From Diadema antillarum (Eukaryota): a stretch of DNA of 64,000 nt. This document shows positions 50,711 to 62,951 of this stretch, piece by piece (within the stretch, counting starts at the first letter, position 1; the number at the start of each line of letters is the position of its first letter). The stretch covers positions 1,178,001 through 1,242,000 of the forward strand of contig NW_027270920.1 in NCBI RefSeq assembly GCF_040938485.1. The letters are read 5' to 3'. The position numbers were made by a program, and so were the translations under genes. The notes under the pieces are model-generated. The model saw nothing but the letters and a program-made list of their open reading frames with translations, was not told the DNA's origin and did no database searches.

Positions 50711-51663
50711 GCTGATCCTTTCTTACCTTTTCCAGATTCTTAACATTTCACCTTATTACCACAGTTCTTTTTCTGTTTGCAGACGTTTTCAGATAGCGAA
50801 ACAGGATTTTCTTGAGAAAATTAACTCTAGCGATATTCAATGAATAAGTCTTCTTGCTTATTCATTCATCTCATTTTTACAGCAGGACAATTTTAATGAA
50901 TATGATAAAGGAAACCAAACAATTGCATGAGTACTTCCACACACCAATATTATAACGGTAAGAAAAGAGCACAGAAAAAAGTACCAAATACATGTAATGT
51001 TAAAAGAGATAAAGTAAACCCTGTCGATTTTTTTTTTGAAATACAGATAATATCAATTGGAATGAGTGGAATTTAAGTTCCGAAAGTCTCTTCCTTTCAA
51101 TTTTTGTTACATTTTTTGCCAAGAAGCCCATTAGAGAAAAAAAAATACTCCGTGAAAGCATGATATCAAGCTGTCGTTGATTGCTTCATTCTCTTTGATT
51201 TATGTTGTGATCTCACATTAAATTATTGAAAGCGGCATTGCTTTTCATAATGCCACTAAATGTACAGGGGAAAGTTGAGTATACCCTTCTCGGAAGAACG
51301 GATCAAGGTTTTACTCAGTAAATTCTTTACCATGATTATCTATAGGAAGTGTGAAACAGAGTTAGCAGGGCGCCATAATAGAAACACATTCCTTTATGTT
51401 GCCGAGCCGTGCGCAAGAGTTTCTTCCTTTTAAACAAGATAACACTATAATATTTTCACAATTTGTGCCCTCATCTGTCGTTGAGTTAAGCAATTACCTT
51501 CCAATTGGCATTTCAAACTACTCAAAATGGACACAATGTATTTATATTTTCCTTGCCTCCATCTGCACCTCGCGCCCCGGGATGCGAACAATATGGAATC
51601 TTACCACAACTTGGGTTTTGTATAATAATTATGTTCACCCCGCAGAGAACATAACAACACAAA

Positions 51664-52001
51664 ATGGCCAAGGCTCTGTTCTTCGTTCTTGCCGCTCTCC
51701 TCTTTGTCGCCGCCCTCGCCGAGGTCGAGATGGACGAGCAGGCCGAACTCATCGACTACTTCATGGCCGAGAAGAGGGGAATGGGAAGGAACATGAAGAA
51801 ATACAAGTGTAAGTAGAGTGGGTCTCTCCACCAATCTCATTTATCGCGGATGCTCATATAGCTAAAACCATAATGAAAATATCCTGAGGAAAATTGGTGA
51901 AGGAAACGGTTGAAAAAGGTAGAAATAAATGTTAGTAAGCATGAATATTCCACGTGTTTACTACATCACTGTCTAATAGCACGAAATATGTATGTATATG
52001 T

Positions 52002-52043
<42 letters not shown>

Positions 52044-52069
52044 TATATGATTATAGTATATGTGTGTAC

Positions 52070-52116
<47 letters not shown>

Positions 52117-53557
52117 TAAATGATTAAACATATGTGATGGAGAAATGGAAGTATATACAATTTGTATTTATGTTCATATCAAAATTGCAGTTATAGTTAT
52201 CACGACACCGAGAAAACAACTATATAAACCTTTGCATGCTTGTTAAAATATCGTTTGTTTGTAGTACCCATGTAGTCTTTTAAACGTGTGCATCTCTTCT
52301 CCCATTTGCAGACTGCCAACAGTGGGACCAAAACTGCTGGTGCAGCAGGAGGAGCGGAAAGGTCGTCTTCTGTAACGGTCAGTTCATACATATTTGTTTT
52401 TTTCATGTTGAATTCATAAATTGTCGTCTTTTTGCCTTCGTGATACATAGGCCTAATGTAATTTGAACCTCCAAATTGTGACTCGTAGAATAAAAATTTC
52501 TCTTACGAACTTATTTTGATAAACGTTTTGTTCCGTTTCTTTGCTTGCTTGCCTGCTTGGCGAGAGTGTTCTGTGCAGGGAGGTAAAGGGTCTCTCTCAC
52601 CTCCCTGCTCTGAGTGTATATCATGTTACCGCTACGTTTTTCAGATTCAGAATATTCACCATGCATAAACGCCAAATTTGTTGAGTAAAATGGTAACACC
52701 AAAGTTACACCAAAATTACGCCAAAACGGTCCGCAGTTACACTGGAACGGGCTTGCCCTCCAAAAACAGTTATCACTGGGATTCCATTCCTGACCCTTAT
52801 GTTCTCTAAGCAATGAAAGAGTACGTTATAAACTTGTTAGAATAAAAACTCAATACAAGTACCCCAACACTATAGACCTGGAGATAAGTTAGGAAATTGT
52901 TTGATTCTATTTCGTTGAAATTCTTTATTCTACTTTTGTTTAGTGTAGTACATACTTGAATGATATTATTGAATGCGTCAATGAGGATGTTCCGTTTAGT
53001 GTCTGTTGTGAAGTATGAAATATATGATAATGTTAATGAGTCCTGAGATAAAAATCTAGCGTTGAAATAAGAGTAATTAATATCGTGACTGCACAACAAC
53101 AGTTTACAAGATCAATAAGAATGAAATGGATGCAATTTCATATTGAACCATCCATTCAGTTATGATTTTTTTTCAGAAGAATGACGATTCCAACGTCTTC
53201 CTTTTCCACTAAAAGAAAGTAGGATAACAGCGTTCAAGAATTATGTGTAACTCGCTCCTAAAACGATGTTATGTCGTGGTACAAAAGGTAATACAGATGA
53301 TATTTCCGTAATTCTAAATAGTGGCTAACGCATGGGTAGCTGCAACATCAACGTCAATTCTACTTACTCTTCACCTGCAATAGTGATTGTAATATTTCCA
53401 GTTGAGGATATAATTGACTTTTCAAAACATACGTTGAAGAGAGATCTAACCAGGGAATTTGTAATGTTATCAAAAACTCACTGCAGTTTGGAACAATGTT
53501 ATTATTGTATATTTATGTCTGATCATAACAGGAGCCGCCAGTGGTGATGACATGTAA
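51664..53557 (+). CDS. Secreted Cys-rich prepropeptide, copy P3 (78 aa); mature GMGRNMKKYKYCQQWDQNCWCSRRSGKVVFCNGAASGDDM
   Basis: Coding exons 51664-51808, 52312-52377 and 53532-53557 with GT-AG boundaries. AATAAA at 53700. Exon 3 has the same 26-nt size as in P1 and P2. Confidence 0.87.
52005..52115. repeat. (TA)n microsatellites in the P3 intron; others at about 10965 (CA), 25725 (CT), 39318 (GT), 42182 (CA), 42730 (TA) and 57240 (ATT)
   Basis: Direct inspection. Confidence 0.9.
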
Positions 53558-56263
53558 ACTGCCCCGCTCACCTTACCTTACCGGATCCTTTGTCCTCCAA
53601 CTGCCCTGACCCTGTCAATACGCACCTAATGAGCCTGCAGGTGGAATAGGTAGCAACACAGACTGTGACGTTATTTATGTGTTATCCATGGATACGTTGA
53701 ATAAAGAGATAGCTATTTAGTCAAGTCAGTATCCACTGTTTCAATGATTACGTCTGATATAGAGAATCTTTTATAGGTGTGGAAGTTGTTGAAGTTGTGT
53801 TTTAAAAATGTAAGTAAAAGAAGGGGGAAAAGATTCAACTTCAGAGATTCAGGTGTCTGCATTTGGGCGTGAGTGTGATCGTAAAGTATTGAAGTACTTC
53901 GGTGAAACCAAAGGCTACCCGGTCTTCATAGAATGCTAATTTCACCGATCACTTTCCATGCAAAATGAATGCCGCTGCCAGCTATCGCAACGCCTCGTTT
54001 ACACTGTTGTCAGTGTGCCAAAAGTCTACCATTAGTCCAGCGAATTAAAACAGTAGGGTGATATGTTACCACGGCTAATTGATACTCCTCAGGAATCATG
54101 AATTGTTCAGCACAAATACAATTGTTCTTATCAAGTTATTACCAAGCTAGTTGTCCAGTATTCCCATGAAAATCAAAACATGAACACAGCTCTGTTGTGG
54201 TATATTCACATGATCTTTGTGTGATTGCGTTATCTGATTTTTTTTTTTGTAATCACTTCGAACGTGCCCTGTATGTCTGTATGCTCATGTGTGTGAGGTG
54301 TGTGTGTGCTGTGTGTGTGTGTGTGTATGTGTGTGCGTGCGTACGTGTGCGTGTGTGCGTAAGTTAGGGACATTCAAATATGAACACACATCCCTTATTT
54401 TGTTCTTTATTGTTTTATGTCTGGATATATGTGTTTTAGCATACACATACGTCTCAGTTTCTATGTGTGTGAAAATTCAATTCAATTCAATAATTCAATC
54501 TATTTATTTTCATTTTTTTCGAGCAAAACATAACACAGAATGAATCAAGAACAATTTTAACATTAGCATACATTCAACTGTGCAAAGGATAAATAGCAAA
54601 GTTAACAAATAAAGATAAATATGCATACCGGCAAAATACAAAGTTATGTTTAGAGAAAAAAAAAGAATTGAGAAGTCCACGTGCCTATGATATTTGTTTG
54701 TTCGTGTTGTAAGTGTGTGTGTGTGTTATCGTGAAAATTAATCAAGCCTGTATTCTATGTTTACACAATTTGTATTCAACAAGGTGACGGGTTGGTACAG
54801 TAATTGGCTATGGTTAAATATCTTTGAAAGAAATGCAGTGTTTAAAGTTAATGGCAAAAGCAATAACCCCCACAGAAAAAAGAAAAGAAAAATACACAAA
54901 CAGATTAATTTCATTTCATTTTCATTTCATTTATTTCCATATCCAAATAATACAAAATAATTGCAAAGTAGGATTAACGATTTGTGCAAGAAGATGGGAG
55001 TGTCATAAAGAAAATACAAACAATAGTGTAACAAAAGTATACACACCTGCAACTACGAGCATATGCTATGAACCTACGTGATATACAAATAATTTCATCT
55101 TTATGAAATCACTTGAGTTGGAATAGCACTAGCTATAAATGAGGGAGGGGAGGAGGTATCGAAAGACAGCAGACATTCACCTTTTAAAGTCTCATTGCAT
55201 CTTCTTTGTAAGCAGAAATAAAGACACGTTTTGATTTTACTACCATGGGCGATGTTTCTCATCTGCAGTAGATGCCATTCCACAACATTGACAGTGTTCC
55301 AGGTCACCAGATAAACATCTTCACCTGTATGGAATTTTCGCTGATTCTGTGGAGCCAAGATTCGCGAAATTAATATTCTTGCGAGTTGACTGCACTATGC
55401 AACGAATATCAGGGGCAATGCGCGAAAATTTCATAAAGCAAAAAAAAAAAAAAATGCCGTCGGCTCCAATTCGCGAAAATTTGGTTTTGCAGTAAGTGGG
55501 TGAGATAGCCTCTGTAATATAGATCTTGATCTTGATTTGTAATTCAAGATATTTGTTGAAGAGTTACTAGTAGATAGTACAAGAGCAACGTGACTGACAT
55601 TACTAAAGGCCCCCTCACACCTGAGCGAATTGCCTGAAATATGACTTGCGATGGCTGGCGAAAGGCATTTTTGGAAAAATCGTTTTCAATGGTAATTGAT
55701 AGTAAGTCATAGTTACCCTTCGTGTTTAGGTTCGTACACCTTCTGAACTAACAGTTGCGATTATTCAAATTCGCACGGGATTTTTGAACATGTTTAAAAT
55801 TTCCCGACGAATTGAAAAATCGTCTGTCATTCGCATCTCTTATTTAGTCTGCGGTAGTCGTTCGTTTATCGTTCGTGTGCTATTGTCACGCATAGTCCCT
55901 CATCGCGCTTTTGCCAAGGTGGACCGATCTCGAAAGAACTCTAAACGAAGCAACACGATGACTAAATATGACTTGCGCATAGAAACGATGATTGATATGA
56001 CAAACGTATTTTCGCTTGCCATCTTCTATGCGAAGGGAAACTAAGATTGACTTTTACTAAATTTGAAAGGCGATGCATACACGAAGGCAAGTCTAAGAGA
56101 TACTATGACAAACTATGGATTGCGAAGTGATACGAATACGAGCGAATGACCTGACGAAAAAATTGGTAAATGCTGAGCTGCTCTATGTGACCAGCCACTC
56201 ACCACGCAACTCATATATTTTTATAAACATTCCACCTGAAAGTTTCAAAGTATATTCAGAAAA

Positions 56264-56978
56264 ATGGAAGATGCAGCCCGCCTCAGAGTCCAGTATTTAC
56301 TGGCAATGGCTCAGAATGATATTATACATCAGCAGCTGAACCTACACCAGTTCATCAGAGGCCGATTCAGATGGAGACGAGGCTTCAGACGACGTCGTAA
56401 CTGGAGAAGGACGTGGCTGAACCCAGCCAGAAGAAGGGCTTTTGGAATCTACGACCAGCTGTTGGTTGAGCTCCAAAGAGAAGACCCTTCGACTTTCAAG
56501 AAATATCTCTGCATGCCCCCTGAACTCTACGATGAAATCCTGGAGAGGGTCCGAGGAAGAATCAGGAGGCAGTACACCTGGTACAGGGAGCCGCTGGAAG
56601 AAGGTCTCAAGTTGGCAGCTACTCTCCGTCATCTTGTGTCTGGCACCAAGTACTCAAACATGCAGTATGGGTGGAGGGTGCCTGAAAACGCCCTATCTGT
56701 AGTGGCCAGGGAAGTGTGTCAGGCCATATGTGACGAGTATGCAGATGAAGTCATGACAGCCCCTTCAACCCCTGATGGATGGAAACAACTTGCTGGTGGA
56801 TTCTACAAGCGGTGGAATTTTCCCCACTGTGTGGCAGCTATTGATGGCAAGCATGTGGCCATCAGAAAGCCTCCTCTGTCCGGCTCGCTATGCTGCAACT
56901 ACAAGGGCTTTTTAGTATAATCCTGTTGGCTATAGTGGACAGTGACTACAAATTTATCTGGTGCGATGTTGGTGGTAG
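56264..56978 (+). pseudogene. Harbinger (HARBI1-like, DDE_Tnp_4-type) transposase, frameshifted and truncated
   Basis: Motifs LAATLRHL, WNFPHCVAAIDGKHVAI and NYKGF. After a frameshift near 56910 it continues FSIILLAIVDSDYKFIWCDVGG and then breaks off. The later catalytic residues are missing. Confidence 0.88.
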
Positions 56979-57095
56979 GTATGATACAATAGGGGAACGG
57001 GGGTAGGTCGAGTCAATTTAGGGGTACGTCAGATTTGTTATCACCTCACCTCCATTGTTACTGTTTCAATATTTATTTTTTGCTAAAATGAAAGC

Positions 57096-57254
57096 AATTG
57101 GGGCAATTCATTTCAGTTTTTGCTTGATACCCTTTTTCTTCCTAAAAAACGTGCTTTAAGAATAATCAACAATATTGGATATTTATTTCACACAAATGAT
57201 CTTTTGTGTAGAAGCAAAAATCTGAAACTGATTGATTGATTATTATTATTATTA

Positions 57255-57291
<37 letters not shown>

Positions 57292-57745
57292 CATTATCTT
57301 ATTTGGCAGAAAACATGCAATACATAATCAATTACAAAGCTCAAAACAATCAATCAATACAATAACACAAAAATGCCTAAACACTGAATGCACCTGACAG
57401 GGCTGCCAGGCGTTGGGCAAGTTAACTAAAGTAACTGTAGTCCGCGGACCGCCCTAACCTATATCCCTTCCAGGTGCATACAGCGTTACAGATTTATGTG
57501 CCACTGATTATCATAAAATATTCATAACTGTACTTTTTAAAATCTCTTGCAAAAAATACAAACTATGTAAAAATTTGTTTCATTATAATGTTGGTATTTT
57601 TATGTATAAATTTTCAATTGATGAGCTTTCTGACATTTTTGCACTTATGTTCATAAGAAATAACTCTTTTCATATCTACCCAACTCGTCATCGTGATGAC
57701 TATCACCTTCCACGTACTCGCACAATTTTTGCGAAAAAAAACATG
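57096..57745 (+). mobile_element. 3' fragment of a non-LTR retrotransposon ORF (L2/CR1-like), itself interrupted by a reverse-oriented (AAT)n-tailed insert
   Basis: 57096-57236 reads NWGNSFQFLLDTLFLPKKRALRIINNIGYLFHTNDLLCRSKNLKLID. 57575 onward continues LFHYNVGIFMYK...HIYPTRHRDDYHLPRTRT. This resembles the post-RT C-terminus of such LINEs. Confidence 0.65.
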
Positions 57746-60700
57746 AATGTTTACAGTGCCAAAAATACTGGAATCTTCCGGCTGATTTTACTGTTTATCT
57801 TTGACGTCCTTTAAATGTAAATGTTGCGTAGATGATTTCTCTGGCCGCACTGAAATCTGGACTGACCTGGTCGCTTTTATACTCCCCGAGGAGCGCACGC
57901 ACACGTACGAGAACGCCTGATCTATATTCTTTTGTCTTCGTTTCCGATCGCACGCCATATCAAACCATTGCTCATTGTTCGTTCGTGTTATCGGGTCATA
58001 TCAACCCTTCGCTCGCCTTCGGCCGCAATTTACTCAAAGAAGTGAACCGAAAATCGCTATCCTTCGCATGTCATATTTATCCTTCGCTTACCGTTCGTTA
58101 ATCATATTTGACTTTAGTTTATAATCGGATGATTTGAAGGCAATTTTATTTGAAATCGTTGAATTCGCGCGCATTTCGTGCGTTTTTCCCATTCGTCCCC
58201 CTTCGTCCCCCTACATTCGCTCAGGTGTGAGGGGGCTTTAACAAAGCGAACCTAAGAAAGAATGTGCATCCTTTACGTTTAAGGCAATCTATATGTTTTA
58301 TCTTCTCCTTCTAACGAACTCACGAAGTGGTAGGGGAGACAATATAATAAGATGCTTGGTAGAGAGATACAGAAGTATTTTATGGGGTACCATCGATTCA
58401 TGCTGATGTACTGTAAAGAAATCCCCTCCTTTCAGATTTATGATTCAAATTTCCATAGACAAATGATGCAATAAGAAGTATGCCAAGAAGGAGCAAGCTC
58501 TATAATAATCATGTGTGATTATCATGTTCTGTAGCAAACGTGCACCATGCATAATTCTAAGAAGTATGTAAATAAGTTAATGATCATTTTTAAGTGAAGT
58601 TGTGGTTGTTCGACAAGTGAGTCTACATGGGATGAGCCATGGGGTAACTCGCTACTTTAATTTTAGACAACACAATCGTAAAAACAACACTGATGCGAAT
58701 TGTAATCATAAATTAAAAGGAGAAATGCTATACTATAAAAATCAACAATTTTTCATGCCAAATTTTACAGTAGAAGAAGTGACATTCTAAAAGGAAGATA
58801 TGACTAAACACTACGAAAAATGTTCTTTTCTCTGGCTTCTTATTATTACGATGCAAAACTTTTTACTTTGGGCCCAAAGAAACATGACATCAATGTGTAC
58901 AATCTGAAAGACTCTATTTTTCTGAAAATATCATTCACTAAAAATGTTGCACACCTTTTGTTCAGGTAAGGAACACGTTTTCCCCGAGCAGGGAAGCGGA
59001 CGAGATTATCTAATTTCTACAAAACTGGAAGTCCTGTCTTCTGATTGGCTGAATGCACCCAGTTGAGGTGTTTCGAAAAGATTACACAAGTGGCGCGTGA
59101 CTTTCACCAGGCCAGTTGACAAAATATGATCAGCTCTACATTCTTTGACAAATCAAGGGTCCTCATAGCCAAATTGCAAAGCTTGCCTTCCAATCACAGT
59201 CTTACTAATTTTACACAGCAATTTTGCATTTGGTTTATAAAAAGTGCGTTTTTGATCGTATTAAGATATATCAAGTATCAAAAAGCATGATACTCGGCTT
59301 CAATTTCATGCCAAGATTATCAAGGCTCAAAATCAAAAAATGCAAAATACCCAACCGCAGCGAAGGTTGAAAACAATATCATGCCACCTTTATTGCCGGA
59401 AGTTTCACCCATTTCTTAAAATGTTTCATGAACAATAGGACATTGAAGACAGACTGCTCCCCTTTACATTTCTACTAGAATCAGAATAATGGATAAAAAT
59501 TCAAATCATTTTTTTTCCTTTTATAGCAGCAGTGTTACCTTTCTTGAATATGTCCTTGCAAAATATGGGGAGCATTTATTTAACAAACATTTCTAAATTA
59601 GATGTCCTTAGGTGGCTATGTTACTCAAATAACCCCTTGTGCTTTTATAACGGTTGATTCAGTCTAATTCCCTCTCGTCGTGGTAATGTTAAACAAACAA
59701 TCTAAAAGAAACTCGACAAACTATGAAAAGCTTTCATAACACTAAGTTTCCCTATATCTTTATCACTGCACGCAAACAAGTGCCTTTGAGCTTTGAAACA
59801 TATGAGCAACTGCTATTCAGGGCTGACATAGCAGCGCTAATTTATACTCTTCTTTCTTTCGTCTAGAATTTTCTACACCCTCGTTATGCGTTGACTCTCT
59901 GTGAAATAAAAGTATACGGGAAAATACTCGGAGCACATTTTCTGGTAAACAAGACTCTCTTGTAGCAACGTATCCCATAATATGGCAAATAATGACATTG
60001 AATATCTTTTGCGAAAAATAAGGATAAGGATTCATATGAACGTTACAGATGGCTCGTTAACTTCTTGTGCTACCATCTACCTAATAAGCAGACACGATAA
60101 TATAGCGTTTCAAAAATGAAACAGCCACGGCACAAAAAGTCACATCGAATGTATTAATACAAATTTTGCAACCTCAGTGATAACAATCAAAATTCTTACT
60201 ACTCAACTATTTGCCTTATTATCTATTCATCTTTTTTCAGCCTCCTTTTTTATTGCGTTGGATCATGGCATCATTCAAAAACGTCCTTACAAACATTGCT
60301 GACAATGGTGTCAAATAGAATTAGGATGAAGTAAGCTATTTAAAAAAAATAAACAGACTTGAAAATCAACTTTCGATGACATTTCTTGTTTCTCATTAAG
60401 GACAAACCGGACACATCTTACAATCTTCTTCACAAATGTTCTTGTATTACACAAACTCAGCAAGATATGTTACTCTTTATCACGTTAATGGTGAGCAGTA
60501 AACAACTGCTCTTGAAGGTATATTTTCGTCAAATTTCCTCATACCTTTACTTCACGCTAATAAGAGAGTATGACTGTGGAGAAAATTTGATCAGGAAAGT
60601 CTACTCACCTTTGCGTAACTGTTGACCAAATGAGCTACCGAAAATCGGTCATCTATGACCACCTGACCACCTCACGCTGTTTTCTTTGATCGAAGATGCC

Positions 60701-61905
60701 GTTGTCGGTGAACCATTCTGACCACCAGCCGACCTCCCTTCATTTCACTATCAAACTTCATTTCCTTATTCTCTTGCACACTTAAAGAGCGAGTGTTGTA
60801 TCTTCTTAAAGCTTTGTAACTTCTGCCGATAGAATTTTGGCATTTGATGTCATACAAACAATTTGTCCTGTTTCTACTTAATGGAAAATGTACACGATAT
60901 CCTCTGCAGTATTATGGAATAGCGGAAATATAAATGTTTATTTCCAAGGTATATATTTTCATTGATTCTTTCCTTTTCCAGTCTTTGAGTCTTTTAACAA
61001 CAGATCTTTGATTTCTTTCAAGGGAACATTTCACAGAAACATCGAAGTACAGACAGCCTTGCCGATGACAACATTTATTAGGCCTAGAACTCATGTTAAA
61101 TTCCTTTATAACATATCAAATGTATTATAATTGCAGAGATTGAAACAATGATAATAACAGGCTCGTTTCTTCCCTCACGTCTTTAAGTGATAATGAAGAT
61201 ATTAAAGTCAGATTGCCTTCGGCGTCATTCTGCAGAAAAAAAAATGGGCATCCACCAAGGATGTTAATGCACCAGTTTACAACATCTTCATGGCAGTAGG
61301 AGTATATTTCTTATAAACATCTCCTTCATTTATTTCCTACCCCGACAATGTGTATGTTTGAAGAGGGACAGACGAACAATTTGACAAACTCTAGGAGATG
61401 ACGATTATTACACAGTCATCATATCAAGTATCAAATCACACTACTAGGCGACTTTTCAAGATTCAAGCCAGCCATACAAAACACATATAAAACATTTAAT
61501 AAAGCGAAAGAATGGTCACGAAAACAGAATGGTGCACTTTAAATGCAGCGAACCTCAAGGCGTTAAAGAGAAAGAAAAGCAACTTGACGATTAAACAATA
61601 ACAGGTGGGCCTGGTGAGAATCGGTAGTTTCCTCAATCTGTTAGCTTCGTCAACCATACAATGACAGCTTGACCTGGTAGGACACCCCATACATGACCCG
61701 ATTTTTCGTCTTTACCATCAAATTGCAAAGAAATAGATGAGGTGAGCACACTCTGATTAACCGCTACAGGACCACTTCGTTAAAACACCATTGACGTCTA
61801 ATACTGTGCAATTACCAGTGATGACGATCAGACTTAAAAGTATCTTCAGAAGATCCATGCTCTAATAGCTTCAAACACTGCACGATGATGTGAGGAAGAT
61901 TTTCT

Positions 61906-61998
61906 TATAAATACAGCAGAGGACGTTGCAGATATTGTACATCGAGCTTCCAGAAGATAGATCATCCTACAAGCACTCTCAGTCTCCAACCGGTAAGT
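61906..61998 (+). promoter_or_regulatory. TATA box plus non-coding first exon of P4
   Basis: tataaata at 61906, donor gtaagt at 61993, acceptor ccacag ending 62933. Homologous to the P3 promoter. Confidence 0.65.
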
Positions 61999-62109
61999 GT
62001 CGAACTTTTCTTATTAATCCTCTTCCTAACTGGTAACAGCACACTTCTGCCGCAGTTTTCTTTTTCTGAAGAGAAAGGTTTCCAGCTGAAGGCAAATGGT
62101 TGAGCACCA

Positions 62110-62275
62110 AGGAACTGACTGTAATAGAATATTGAATCTAATAGCAATTAATGTCCACACAAATACCTCATTAAGGAGCTGACTGTAATAGAATATTGAA
62201 TCTGATACCAAATGTCCACACAAATACCTAATAGAATATCAAATCTAGTGATAGTGATTGTTGTCCACACAAACG
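62110..62275. repeat. Local tandem duplication of a ~55-bp unit (about 2.5 copies) in P4 intron 1
   Basis: aagga.ctgactgtaatagaatattgaatct...atgtccacacaaatacct occurs twice, followed by a partial third copy. Confidence 0.7.
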
Positions 62276-62951
62276 CCAAGTAAACTCCTCTCAAAAGAAC
62301 ATGGGCATTAACGCTGTTTGCAATGAATACTTTGCTGCCGTATCCAAGTGTAACAAGAACAATTGAAGAAAGAGGGAACATGTAGTTTCTTTTACTAGAA
62401 AACGAAAGAAGGCTATAATGTTCGAGACAACAGAGCAGAGTGTAAATGTCTCACGGTGATCATCTTGAGGCAACAACAAGTCAACATTTAAGATATTACA
62501 AACACATAATCTAAATCAATCATTTCTATTTCGACGCAAAATCAATCTGGATGTACACAGACTGGCGTTGTCATACAGTGTACAGACATAAAACACGTTT
62601 AAGAGGATAGCAGTACTGCTATGCACAACCTCTCAACAATCAACTTGACTGCCTCCTTTTTTAGACTTAGGCGATCCATAAATAAACACAATGGCACACA
62701 GACAACAGAAAAGTACATTACATTGGATATCCGTGCAGTTGCAGTATCCGAGGGAGTAGCAACAGAGATTGTTCCCGTTATGGCGCATGTAAAAGATCAA
62801 AGTCTTTATCTTATGTATGGAGGAGGCTATATTAGAGTTAAATTGTACCCGCTAACAGCTTGAACATGTATCGCTAGCCTACAATACCACCTGTAATTTG
62901 AGTATAGCTTCGTTTGCTATGTTCCACCCACAGAGAACCTACAAACCAAAA

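Larger units (their letters stand above)
55607..58238 (+). mobile_element. PIF/Harbinger DNA transposon, defective (2.6 kb)
   Basis: 24-bp TIRs a(g/a)gccccctcacacctgagcgaat at 55607-55630 and 58215-58238 with one mismatch. TAA target duplication on both sides. A transposase remnant lies inside. Confidence 0.9.

Noticed and set aside
51396-51812. 138-aa ORF and the 63-aa ORF at 37182 in an alternative frame over exon 1
   Set aside because: Frame-shifted shadows of the GC-rich signal/pro exon. The upstream parts are not conserved between copies.
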